In this document: positions 24,512 to 36,900 of the stretch, one piece after another
Layout of the letters: each line of letters begins with the position of its first letter
How positions within the stretch are numbered: the first letter of the stretch is position 1
Assembly (NCBI GenBank): GCA_043228905.1
Contig: JBHGNT010000018.1
Coordinates: forward strand, 10,416,001-10,480,000
Source: Azolla caroliniana
Lineage: Eukaryota > Plantae > Polypodiophyta
Direction of reading: 5' to 3'
Length of the DNA: 64,000 nucleotides
The notes under the pieces: model-generated
Databases searched by the model: none
Told to the model about the DNA's origin: nothing
Seen by the model: the letters and a program-made list of their open reading frames with translations, nothing else
Translations under genes and position numbers: made by a program

Positions 24512-25122
24512 CATAGTTCAACATCCAGAGAAGTATCATGATTATGTCGACGTGTTCGATAAGGTACAAGCTAGTACTCTTCCTCACCATCAACCGTATG
24601 ATTGTCCCATTGATTTACAACTAGGAAAAAAGCCACCATGCGGACCGATCTACAACTTGTCACCAACCGAGCTAGAAGTCCGTCGAGCCTACATAGAGGA
24701 CAATTTGGCAAACGGGTTCATTTGACATTCGAAATCTCCAGTCGGCGCACCCATTTTCTTTGTCAAGAAAAAGGATGGATCATTTCGTCTTGTTGTGGAT
24801 TTCCGTGGCTTGAATAAGGTCACCATCACAAATAGGTATGGACTGCCATCTCTTGGATATCTGTTTAATCATCTATTTGGATGATCTACTAGTTTATTCG
24901 AAGACTCAAGAACAACATGATTATCATGTACTATTAGTACTAAAACGACTTCGAGAACATGGTCTTTATGCAAAACTGGAAAAATGTAGTTTTGAGTGGA
25001 ACCAAGGGGAATTTCTAGGCTATGTCATCTCCTCGGAAGGCATCTCTATGGATCCAACTAAAGTCAAAATTGTGGTAGAGTGGCAGACTCCCCGTTCGTT
25101 GCGAAATGTGCAATGCTTTTTA
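24512..25122 (+). pseudogene. pol: Tcn1-like Gypsy host, piece 3: RT with internal deletion
   Basis: [46 protein letters not shown], then jumps to [21 protein letters not shown]. Confidence 0.9.
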
Positions 25123-28100
25123 TGTAATAGAGTACGTGCGGAAGCAAAAGAAAACCGAACACAGAAAATACGTAAGTTTAATGGAGAGCTTAGGATATAC
25201 ACAATATGCGGGAGAGACAGAGAGAGAACACAGAAAAAAACTCAATTCAAAATATCACTCTATCTGTACATAGGATGTGCTTAGTCAGCACTTTTATACA
25301 AGTCCATACAGATTGACAGAAGTACTGACACGTACTTCAATGCTCATAACTAAGCTCTATGCTAACTCCCAAAATATATTCCTACGCAGAATATCTTTCC
25401 AACGGCCTCGCGGTTTACGCACCACTACGGCTTCTCGTTACGCACCGGTTTGCGTACTAGTTTACGCACCGGTCCGGCCTAACCGAACGGCCCCAACCGA
25501 TCCGGTTCTCGGCTTGCACAGCAGATCCGACCAATGTTGAGCTTGTATCTCAACACTCCCCCTCAAGCTCAACTTGAGGTTCCATCTACTCTTCCGGATC
25601 TACTCTCAAGTTCCTCCTAGCTTCGCGCCTCGCTCGCGCTCCTCGACCCATTCGATTCCGCACACCTCGACCCTTGCGGTCAGCTTGTCTACTCACACGG
25701 CCCTTCTCAGCTTCCTTGTTGTTGCGGTGTTGGCGCCTCTTCTGCTGCCTTCTCTTCTGCTTGGCCCTTGGTTGATTCAGCGTATCCGAATCAAACATTC
25801 GAACCGACTCGGCTTCCTCCGATCGGTTTTCGCTCTCGTCTGAGTTGGTTGTCTCCAACTCGTCCTTGGTCTTCTCGCCCTTGGATGGCTTCGGATCTTT
25901 CTTTCGACTGCTCCCCTGATGTCTGCATTCGGAATCTTCCGCAGGTCCGCCCTTGGCTTCTTCAGCCGGTCTGAGATCGAATTCGTCATCCGACTTGGCG
26001 TTGCGGTCTGCGTCTTCTGGAACGTTTCTCCCCCTCAAGTTCGGCACGTCGAGGTGATGCAACCCAAGCACACTCGAGAATTGCCGCAACTTGTCCAGAC
26101 CAAGAGGCTTGGTGAATATGTCGGCGGTCTGCCGATCCGTCGGAACATACTGAAGTTCGACTTCACCGGAGAGGACACGCTCACGGACAAAATGGTAGTG
26201 CACCTCAATGTGCTTAGTCCGAGCGTGGAAGACGGGGTTCTTAACTAGCTAGATGCTGCTGAGGTTGTCGTAGTAGATTCTCGTTGGATCGGATACCTCC
26301 ACCTGCAGATCCTTAAATAGTCGCTTCAACCATATGGGTTCGCATGTCGCAATAGCCACTCCTCTATACTTGGCTTCGGTGCTCGACAACGCAATTGTCG
26401 GTTGCTTCTTGCTACTCCACGTAATCGCGACATTCCTAGGAGAGAACGCGAAACCGGACGTGGATCGGTGATCGCCAGCGTTTCTGGCCCAATTAGCATC
26501 GGTGTAACCGACCAACTACGCGGCAGTATCAGCCTGATATTGTAGCCTTCGATCCTTAATGCCGCTTACGTACCGTAGTACACGTTGCGCACATTGAAGG
26601 TGCTCCCCGGTAGGTTGCGCCATGAACTGACTAATCACCCCGACCGGGTAGCTGAGATCTGGTCGGGTGATGGTAAAGTATATAAGGCTTCCGACTATCT
26701 GTCGGAACCTCGTCGGGTCGCATACCTTTCCAGAATCGGGGCGAAGCTTGACGGTTCTATCCAGAGGAGTCGAGACGGTCTTACAGTCGGCCATCCCGAA
26801 TTTGAAGAGCATACTCAGCACGTTATGTTGTTGGCTGATCAGTATGCCTTCGGGGGTGCGGATCACTTCGATCCCGAGGAAGTAATGAAGATCCCCCAGA
26901 TCCTTCATGTCGAATGATGCTGCAAGCTGGAGCTTCACGCGGTCGATTTCATCTAGGTCGGCACCGGTGATGACCAGGTCATTAACATAAAGTAGAATAC
27001 TAACAGGCCCGAGTCAACCTTTTCGGATGAAAAGTGAGTCCGATTTCAATGTCGCAAAGCCCATCCAACGCAGTTGTTGCATGATTTTCGTGTTCCAGGC
27101 ACGCGGGGCTTGCTTTATGTCGTAAAGAGACTTCTTCAATCGGCACACCGCCGAAGTGTTCATTCCGGAGTGAAAACCAGGGGGCTGTACCATGTACACT
27201 TGTTCCTCAAGCTCACCTTGCAGGAACGCATTCCTTACATCCATCTGATGTATATGCCACCCCTTTGCCACAATGACCACAAACGTCAAGTATATAAGGC
27301 TTCTGACTATCAGACGGTCGTCATCTTCTCAACCGGCGCAAACGTCTCATCGTAGTCGATGTCGTGTTTCTGCGAGTAGCCTTTTGCTACTAACCAGGCC
27401 TTGTATCGGTTGACCAAGCCATCAGTATTGTACTTGACCTGGTACACCCACCTACATCCAATCGGCTTCACACCTTTCGGTGCGTCAATCAGGTCCCAGG
27501 TTTCATTCTCCGCCAATGCACGCATCTCTTCCTCCATTGCGGCATGCCAATTCGCGTCCTTCACCGCCTCTACGTAGCTCTCCGGCTCACGCACTTCCGC
27601 TACACGTGTCATGTACACATACTGATACGCCATGTACTCGTTGTAACCGAACCGCACAATAGGGTTCTTCTGGCAGGTAGATCGGCATAATTGCTCATTA
27701 GCCGATGTTGAGGATTTCGTCACCATCCCGGACTTTCGTCTCGAAGACCCGTCACCACTTCCCTCGGAGTTGGACTCGCGTCGATCCGACTCATTCCTAT
27801 CCGTGTCGTACGCCAACACCTTCTTCTTCCCTTTTTCCTTGCACGTAAGCCGTCTCCTCGGCTTCCTTCGCGGGGAATGCACGGCCGAGTCTCCACTACT
27901 TGCCGGCTCTTCATCAGACTGGTCGAACCAACTCAGTCGTCCATCCGGTCCGCTTAACCGAAACGAAATCGGACTCTCTTCGCGAGTCCCGATTTCAGGC
28001 TCATCCAGAGGCATCTCGGCCTCGCTAACCTCATCATCAGAACTCGGATTGGAGGTGAGGTCTGGAGTCGGAGGCAAGTACTGGCACGTGGACTCGTCAA

Positions 28101-28517
28101 ATACAACATCGCGGCTCACGCACGCTTGTTTGGTGCGAGGGTTATAACACTTATAACCCTTCTGCTCGTCTGAGTAGCCGACCAAGATACACTTCTCGAC
28201 TTTCGCATCCAACTTCCTCCTTGTCGTAGATTCGGCTTCCTTCCAAAATACTGCTCATGCGCCGACACTTTGTCTCCAATCCGATACTGGATGTATACCG
28301 TGGTTCGTACCGCCTCGGCCCAATAGAACTTGGGCAAGATCTTTTCCTCCAGCATTGCCCGTGCCGCTTCTACAATCAACTGATTTTTCCTCTCGGCCAC
28401 GCCATTTTGCTCTGGTGTGTATCTACAACTGAATTCGCGCCGAATTTCCATCTGTTGTTGATAGCCGTTGAATTGACCTGAAAAGAGTACTTTTCCGCCA
28501 TCCGACCGCAGGCACTT
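25123..28517 (-). mobile_element. Copia family A copy A3, 5'-truncated within integrase
   Basis: 3' LTR 25123-25555, PPT 25556-25564. INT C-half, RT, RH and tail are homologous to A2. Ends abruptly at KCLRSDGGK. Confidence 0.94.
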
Positions 28518-29306
28518 AGGAACACGCACGGCAGAAGCCTCGCCTCAGCGACCTCAGCAATACCTGTCGGGACCACAAAGGTGATTTTCCGCTCTCCAAA
28601 TACCTCAACGATATGCGGGAAGCACGCTCACAACAACCGCACTGTGGTCTTTCCCTCGTAGCCCCCAACATGGCCTTTGCCTATCCCCGCTTTAACGGCG
28701 AAACCGACGCCGCAACCCACATTCACCTGTTCCTCAATATCTAGAATGCAATCCACTTGGCGCAGAGCCTTTCTGAGCCAGTAGCGCACCAATCCCAAAT
28801 GACGGAGTTCGGGTTAACATTGGATGGGCAAGCGGAGTTTTGGCATTCACAAATGGATCTGCCCACAATCACGACCTTCAACCAGCTGCAGTCCGCCTTT
28901 TTGCGGTTCTTCCATCGGAGGGTTCTACAACGCGAAATCCTCGGACAGTTGTACACAATTAAGCAGTTGTCGACCGAGACGATCGCAGATTTCAGCTTAT
29001 GTTTCCAAAACTTACGGCGGAAACTAGAACGGGGCCCCGTAGAGGATGAGGCTCGGGAGATATTTTTGGCAGCATTACGCCGACCCATACGGACAACGCT
29101 CAACAACAGTAGCGTGAAAGGGGAAATGGCGGATATGGTCATCGAATGAGCGTTACAACTCGAGCTGAACGATGAAGAGAAAAGGTTCTCTATGTTCTCA
29201 TTACGACAAGTGTTACCTCAGGACGAGGAACGACATTTTCGTCAAGCAATCCAGTGCACAACCCACATGATGACCGGCACTACTGGAATCACCGGAATCA
29301 CAACGA
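28518..29306 (+). pseudogene. gag: Gypsy-type gag fragment, possibly the 5' part of the Athila-like element resuming at 47328
   Basis: YPRFNGETDAATHIHLF..FGLTLDGQAEFWH..TFNQLQSAFLRFF..IKQLSTETIADFSLCF is a retrotransposon gag pattern. Confidence 0.75.
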
Positions 29307-29956
29307 TGTTGTGAAGAAAACCGGGCATAGGCGGAATCAGAGAAAAAGGCGCATGAACCGGCTCTTACACGGATGGGCGCATGAATTGATATTTTGATAT
29401 TTTGTACATGATTCATAAATGGATCGGCTGATGTAAATACTAAGTAGTACACATTTATTAAGGGATTGTGGGTATCTTTGTCGAAAGGGACAAGGAATAA
29501 AGCGGTTTAACTAGAGAAAGGAGGCACCCCCTTTTGGGGGGGGACTATTTAAGGAGAGGAGAGAAGGAGGAAAGGGGGCACGTTGGCGAGGACCGAGTGC
29601 GGAGCTCTCTCTCTTCTCCTCCTCCGGTCGTCGGTCTTTGTGGGTGTCGGGAGTTCGTTGCCTCTGCTTCGTTGACATCCCGTATGCTTCAAGCAGAGGC
29701 TCTCCCCCTTTTGGTTCCTGGAGTTGTGTGGCAGTCGTTTGTGTGTGTGAGTAGGACCCCGTGTCGGGCCCATTACCGGGTTGCCGGTTGTAACTGTTCG
29801 AGTTGTAAGCTATTGATTTAAGTAATTGGGTTCTTGTTATCTTGCTCTTAACTCTTCTCTATGTATCTCTCTCTCTCCCTCTCCACCTCTCTCTCCTTGG
29901 TCCAAGACCCCCGTGGTCCCGCCTCTTTCTACACGCACGCGCGTAACAAAGCGACA
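29307..29956 (+). repeat. 5' LTR (650 bp) of the Trp-primed Gypsy
   Basis: TGTTGTGAAG...GCGACA; the 3' end closely matches the reverse complement of 60266-60325. Confidence 0.88.
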
Positions 29957-30675
29957 TATTTGGTGAACCCAACGTGAACAGGCGGCAAAGGAGTCGAAAG
30001 ATGAGGGGATCGGAGCTATCAGAGGCAATGGTGGTAGCCGTTGACCGGCTGGTAAGCGCTCGCGAGGGGACGGGTACCCGCGACAAAGCCATCGAATCGA
30101 TCGTCGGCACTATAGGCCGGTTCGGAGGGAAAGACGCCACAAGTTATTTGGAGGCTTACCGGGCCGAAATGATCATGAGGGATATCTCGGTGGACAGGCG
30201 GCTGTCCGGATTCCCTCGGGTGGTGACGCTGAGCGCTAGACTTGGGAGGAGTTTGAGCTGCAGCTCCTTGAGAAGTACGGGTTTGACGACTCGCTTCGGC
30301 TCACGAGGCGGGACTTCATGGCGTGGGTGAAAAGCCTCGGAAAAGGGAGGAACACGTCCGTGCTCCTCCAGGATTTCGAAAAACGGTTTGCGGGGCTGTC
30401 GACGTTGGACCGGACAGTGCTCGAAACGAGTTGAGTACTACTGTTTGTCAAGTAAGTGGACGCGATCGACAGGGAAAGGGTGGGTCCCCTATTGGAAACG
30501 GACGAAGGGCTCACGGCGGACTAGGCCGTGGTAAAACAGGTCTGCGGCCGTTTCGACAAACGGCGCGATTGGAGCGACAGAAGCTCGTCGGGGTCAGGGC
30601 CGGTCCCGGGGAGGAGGCTCGAGGAGCCGGTATCGGTGCCGGCCGGTAGGAAGGAAGAGACCTGAACCTGGCTAG

Positions 30676-32545
30676 TGTCACGGACACACCAAGCACGGAC
30701 TAAGACGGAGCATGGATGACGAGGCTATGATCAATAAGGCTATGAATGTCGAATAGGAAGTCCATGATTGGCGTTGCGTTGTTCACCTTGAATTCCTTCA
30801 AGGTGAACTCAACTATTTATACTAAGTGGCATGCGTACCTATTGCACGCATGTGATACAATAGAGCATGTAGGCAGTAGGTAGGCATGCATGTGCCAAGT
30901 GTTAATAATACAAGGGAGAAATTATGCACATGATGCTAGCTAAAAGCTACAATGAGGAAGTATATACATGATTATATGCTACATGTGTGGTTAACACATA
31001 ACACTCGATTACAACATGGTTATGTCAAGAGTTCGAATCTTGACATTATCCCCCCTCCAACGATGCCTTCCCAAATCGTTTGTCGGCTTAAGGGGATATT
31101 GTTGATGAAAATCTTTGATCACCTCCAAAGTATTTTGTAAAGCCTAGACAAGGAGTAACCCTTCCACAAGACGAGGTATTTAACACCAATAGGCATGAGC
31201 GACCATGTGTGGTCCTCACCTAGAAATGGAACACAAATATCAACGGGTGTGAGCGACCATGTGTAGTCCTTACGGGGAGCATGAACACCAAGGGGCATGA
31301 GTAACCATGTGGGGTCCTTGCCGGGAATTGGAATGGTCCTCGTTGAGAGTTGGAAATCGAACACCAACGGGCGTGAGCAACCATGTTGTCCTCACCGAGA
31401 AATGGAACACGAATGAGTGAGCGACCGTGTGGCCCTCACCGGGAACAGGAACACGAACGGGAGTAATCGACCATGTGTGGTCCTCACCGAGAACTAGAAC
31501 AGGAACAACAACGGGCATGAGGAACCATGTCGGCCCTCACCAAGATCCGGAACACAAACAATAGTTGGAGTGACCATGTGTGGTCCTCACCGGAGATTGG
31601 AACACGAACACCAACAGGCATGAGAGACCATGTTGGTCCTCCACGAGAGTTGGAACACGAACACCAACGGGCGTGAGCGACCATGTGTGGTCCTCATCGA
31701 GAACTGGAACATGAGCCGCAATGGGCATGAGCGACCATGTCGGTCCTCGCCGGGATGTGGAACATGAAAAATAATTGGAGTGAACGACCATGTGTGGTCC
31801 TCACCGGAGACTGGAACACGAACGACAGTGAGCAACCATGCGGCCCTCATCAGGCACAAGAACATGAATGGGTGTGAGCGACCATGCGGCCCTCACCGGG
31901 AACTGGAACACGAACACCAATGCGAGTGAGCGGCCTTGTGCGGCCCTGACCGAGAACTAGAACACGAACACGAATGGGAAAGAAACTAAAAAATAGAGAC
32001 AATGATGAGGAGAAATATAAAGACAATGAAAATGATGAGAAGAAACTAGGACATAGAAATGGCGAGGAAGATAGGAAATGAAGCGATGTTGATGATGGTA
32101 TGGTGACGATGGTAACCCTAAAAGCAAGGGCGATGACGAACACGGGTGATGCTTCTCGTTGGAAGGTGAACAAACTGTCACGGACACACCAAGCGCAGAC
32201 TAAGACGGAGCATGGATGACGAGGCTATCATCAATAAGGCTATGAATGTCGAATAGGAAGTCCATGACTGGCGTTGCGTTGTTCACCTTGAATTCCTTCA
32301 AGGTGAACTCAACTATTTATACTAAGTGGCATGCGTACCTGTTGCACGCATGTGATACAATAGAGCATGTAGGCAGTAGGTAGGCATGCATGTGTCAAGT
32401 GTTAATAATACAAGGGAGAAATTATGCACATGATGCTAGCTAAAACCTACAATGAGGAAGTATATACATGATTATCTGCTAGATGTGTGGTTAACACATA
32501 ACACTCGATTACAACATGGTTATGTCAAGAGTTCGAATCTTGACA
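30676..32545 (-). mobile_element. Non-autonomous self-priming chromovirus derivative (1870 bp)
   Basis: 370-bp LTRs at 30676-31045 and 32176-32545 (about 9 differences). TSD GCTAG. PPT on minus at 31046-31058. Chromodomain relics KYLVLWKGY and IKDFHQQYPLKP. No tRNA PBS. Confidence 0.95.
31190..31975. repeat. Degenerate tandem array, about 15 units of 45-55 bp
   Basis: Recurrent GAGCGACCATGTGTGGTCCTCACCG..TGGAACACGAACACCAACGGGC. Confidence 0.92.
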
Positions 32546-33956
32546 GCTAGAGTCGGGATCGGCATCGAATTACGTCGTCAGAGGAGCGGCTCTGGAGGAG
32601 CTGACACAGATGGTGTGCGACCTGTAGATCACACAGGCTCGGAGAGACAACGGCGAACAACCTCGTGACCGGAGGCCGCCGACTGGGCAACGCTGCATGT
32701 GGTGTGACGCGATCGGTCACATTCAGAAGGATTGCGCAGATTTCGCCGACACACTCAGGACCAACGTGGTGTACCTCTGGAACGGGCGGGTGCACGCAAG
32801 CGAGACCCGGAGAGCCCTAGAACTAAATACGGGGCGCGGCGGAATGAAAGAGGTTGATGGAAGAGGCCGTGGCACGGCACGTTGAAGCTGTTAACTACTC
32901 AATGTCGGCGGGAATTCGGGTCGGGGGCGACGAGTCCCAAAAGGTGAAGGACTCCGGATTCTGGCCGCTAGTGCTAGAAGGCTTCTCCGGAGTTCGGCTG
33001 AAGAAGGAAGAGGCGGACCGCGAGGAACAACAAGCCCAGGAGATCACCGGATGGGGCGATTCGGTCGAAGAGAAAACGGGCTTCGTAGAAGCCGCTTGCT
33101 AGAACTATGAGGTTCTGGTGGAAGACAAACGGGCAGGAAAGGCCGGGGGGGTGGGTCCCCCGCAGAGGTATGAGACCCGGTTCAGACTGAAACTGACCAG
33201 TGCCGGCAACCCAGGTGCGCCGAACAGAAAGAAGCAGGCGGGGTTCCGGTTGAGCACCGAAATCGAAAGGACCACAGACCTACGAAAGGTCCAGGAGGAA
33301 CGTATCCTCGACAATAATGTGGAGTTGTCGCTAAGGGAAGTGCTCGGGATCACCAAGAAGGAGTTCCACGACTCCATCGTAGACTTGGTGAAGAGGAAAA
33401 GGATGTCGACAGACCCAGAGCCGGAGAAGCCGGTGGAAGTGCGAACGACGCACATAGAGGACGCGGCCCTAGAAGACGAGTTGGTGGAAAGCCACTACAC
33501 GAAGCCACACTCGGCCAGGGAAACCACGGAAACCCTTGTGCGGATCGGTGACGTTTCGGAACTGGTGGTGGCCTTGGTAGACCATGGATCCGAAATCAAC
33601 CTGATGTCCATGGATTTCTACAAGAGGGGTAAATGGCCGATCAACTCTAAGCACGGGTGGAAGATACGCACGGCAACGCATGCTACGGAGGAGCTGCAAG
33701 GGGCGTGCCCGAATATACGCGTAAAGGTTGGTGACGTCGATATAGATCAACATTTCTTCGTGCAGGAAACATCCTCGCACCCGGTGATTCTTGGCGAACC
33801 ATACATTACGACAACGCGCATGGTGACGAAAGTGCTAGACAACGGTTCAGCGTACGCGCGCGTCAAGAGCCAAGACGGTCGGGATTCCGTCCAATTCATG
33901 ACTGTACGACCGAACCATGAGAGGAATCACGAGACCCTCGGCGGCGGCAGCCGAGG

Positions 33957-33999
33957 GGATTTTTAGAGAGGGCTATCACGGCATGGGGCCGCGGTAGTC
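33957..33999 (+). promoter_or_regulatory. Putative -1 programmed ribosomal frameshift signal
   Basis: G GAT TTT heptamer before the TAG, 7-nt spacer, stem-loop 33971-33999; the -1 frame is open into ORF 34074. Confidence 0.75.
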
Positions 34000-36900
34000 C
34001 AGACGTACCGGAAGAACCCCACACATGTACAGTAGATAGGAAGTTTTGGTTCTTCGAAACCGGAGGTTGTACTATGGCCGACGTCAGCGGCAGGGAAAGG
34101 AAGCGAGCGGAGGAGCGGCTCAAGACATACAGAGTCCTCTCCCCCGACGAAGAGATCATCGGCGCCGTTGAGGTGGTCTCTTTTGACGACACCTTGGGTG
34201 AGTTACGGAAGGTGATCGGGAAGACCTTAGAGAAGAACGGACCGTTCCGGTTAGTTCGATGGGAATGTACGAAGTCATCACGGACTCCGGTGAAAGGATC
34301 TTGATGGAAATAAATGAAACTTTCCGAACTTCACCTCTCGGCCACAACCAAGGAAAACACACGAATCGTTGTTGCAGAAAATGGGAAATGCAGTGGACAC
34401 ACGATTTATCGTGGAAAACCCTGTACGGGAAAAAACCACGGGAGTGCAAAACTCCGAACCAAAACTATGCGCAGAGAAGTATATAATGGCGAGCTGCAAG
34501 GCGACGACCTTGAGCTCGCTATCCTCGCCACAGGCGGCGGAAATACACAGAGGCGTCGACCTCTTCCTCTCTCACGCTCTATCTCTCTCACGGCTGCTCT
34601 CTCTTCACTCCTCTTGAGTGGAAAAACAGAAAAATGAGTAGCAAACTTAAAACTGTTTGCCCTAAGTCATATTTATACACATATGACTTTGGGGCTATTT
34701 ACAACTATAGCCTCAAGGGCCCTTAGCAAACATATTCACGGATATGTCCCCGCATCCGGATCTCTCTCCGGGTACATTCGTCATCCGGCTCCGAAGCCGG
34801 GGTCTCCATCATCCGGTTCCGAAACCGAAACCGGGCTCGTCGGCATTCATCTCCGACATCCGACCATCCCATCCGAAGGGACCGTAATCCCAACAAACTC
34901 CCCCTTCACTTCGGCATGGGATGTCTTTCCAATCCGATCCTCTTCCGGCATGCTTCCAGCTTGTCGGGTGTGAGCACCTTGGTCAGCATATCCGACCCGT
35001 TCTCGTCCGTGTGGACCTTCGTCAGCACGAACTCCTTGTCTTCTATTCTTTCCCGGATCCAGTGATATCTTCGCTGGATGTGCTTCGTCCGGGAGTGATA
35101 GGCCGCGTTCTTCGCAAGGTGGATTGCACTTTGACTGTCGCAGTAGAGTCAGTACTCCTCCTGCCGGATACCGAGCTCTCTAATGAAGTCCTTCATCCAT
35201 ATTATTTCCTTGCCGGCTTCAACAGCCGCCATGTACTCCGCCTCCGTGGTTGACAACGCAACCGTCTTCTGCAGCCTCGACTGCCATGAAACAGCTCCCC
35301 CTGCATACGTCATCACATACCCTGATGTGGACCGGCTGGTATCTGCATCAGCCGACATATCCGAATCGGTGAAGCCGTCGAGTTCGGGCTTACCGGAGCC
35401 GAATCGGAGGCACACGTTTGCCGTGCCCTTCAGGTATCGGAGTATCCACTTGGCCGCGTTCCAATGCTCTTTGCCGGGATTGCTCATGTACCGGCTCACC
35501 ACTCCGACTGCATATCCGATGTCCGGTCGGGTACACACCATTGCGTACATCAAGCTCCCGACGGCAGAGGCATATGGTACTTTCATCATGTCCTCCTTCT
35601 CAGCCTTCGTCTTGGGGCTCTGCTTGCTGGACAGCTTGCAGTTTGCCGGGAGTGTTGACCCGACCGGTCTTGCTTCCGACATGTTGAACCGGTGAAGCAC
35701 CTTTGTCACGTACTTCTCCTGTGACAGCCATAACTGCTTCTTCTTCCGGTCCCGGATGATGTGCATCCCTAGTATTTGCCTCGCCGGACCCAGGTCCTTC
35801 ATTGAGAATGTTCGGTGAAGAGCCTTCTTCAGCATCCGTATCTTGACCTGGTCTCGTCCGACGATCAACATGTCGTCCACGTACAGGAGGAGTATTAGAA
35901 AGTCTCCTCCTTCGAACTTCTTCACAAACACGCAGTGGTCGGACTGCGTTTTGAGGTACCCTTCGTCGGTCATGAAGGAGTCGAACTTCCGGTACCATTG
36001 CCGGGGAGCCTGCTTCAGACCGTAAAGGCTCTTCTTCAACCGGCATACCAGGTGCTCCTTCCCTTTCTTCTCGAATCCTTCCGGTTGCTGCATGTAGATC
36101 TCTTCTTCGAGGTCACCGTGAAGGAATGCCGTCTTCACGTCCATCTGTTCTACCTCGAGGTCCATGCTTGCCGCTATGCTCAGCACCGTCTGGATGGAGG
36201 TCAACTTCACTACCGGGGCAAATATCTCGTCGAAATCGACGCCCTTCTTCTGCTGAAACCCCTTCACCACGATCCTGGCTTTGTATCTCGGGGGGTTTCC
36301 GGCATCTCCCGGTTTAAGCTTGAACACTCACTTGTTTCGAAGTGCCCGCTTTCCTTTCGGCAACTCCACAAGTTCATATGTGTGGTTCTCATGCAGGGAA
36401 TCCATCTCGTCCTGCATGGCACTCAACCACCTGCGGCTCTAGGTGTCATGCTTTGCTTCTTCAAAGCTCTCCGGCTCCCCCTCGTCGGTTAGCAGCACGT
36501 GCTCTGGTTCCGGAAATCTCCGGGGGGCCCTTCTCTCTCTTAGAGGATATCTCCGTTCCGGAGCTTCGGTAACCGGTTCTTCCGATTCTTCTTCATCCGA
36601 ATCCTTTTCGGGATTGGGGCCGGTTCTGGTATCATTTTCATCTTCTTCGGTCGGTTCTGTTTCTTCACCGTCTTCGGCCGGATCCTCGAGTGCTAACCGG
36701 TCCCTTGCCGGTCGGGACTGCTCCTCGTAGAGTTGATCCTCACCGGTCGACTTGGAGCTCTTCATCTTCTTCTCCGACTCCCAGTCGGCGAGTGTCTTGT
36801 TCTCCATGAAGATGATATCACGACTCCGGAATATCTTCTTGTCGACCGGGTCCCATACTCGGTAGCCGAACTCGTCATCGCCGTAACCGAGGAATATGCA

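Larger units (their letters stand above)
30001..33966 (+). pseudogene. gag: gag-protease of the Trp-primed Gypsy (interrupted by 30676-32545)
   Basis: ORF fragments 29974, 32697, 32854 and 33118; protease ends HPVILGEPY..RGDF*. Confidence 0.88.

Noticed and set aside
31190-31975. Second CRISPR-like array and its many short ORFs
   Set aside because: Degenerate tandem minisatellite without unique spacers; the ORFs are repeat artefacts.
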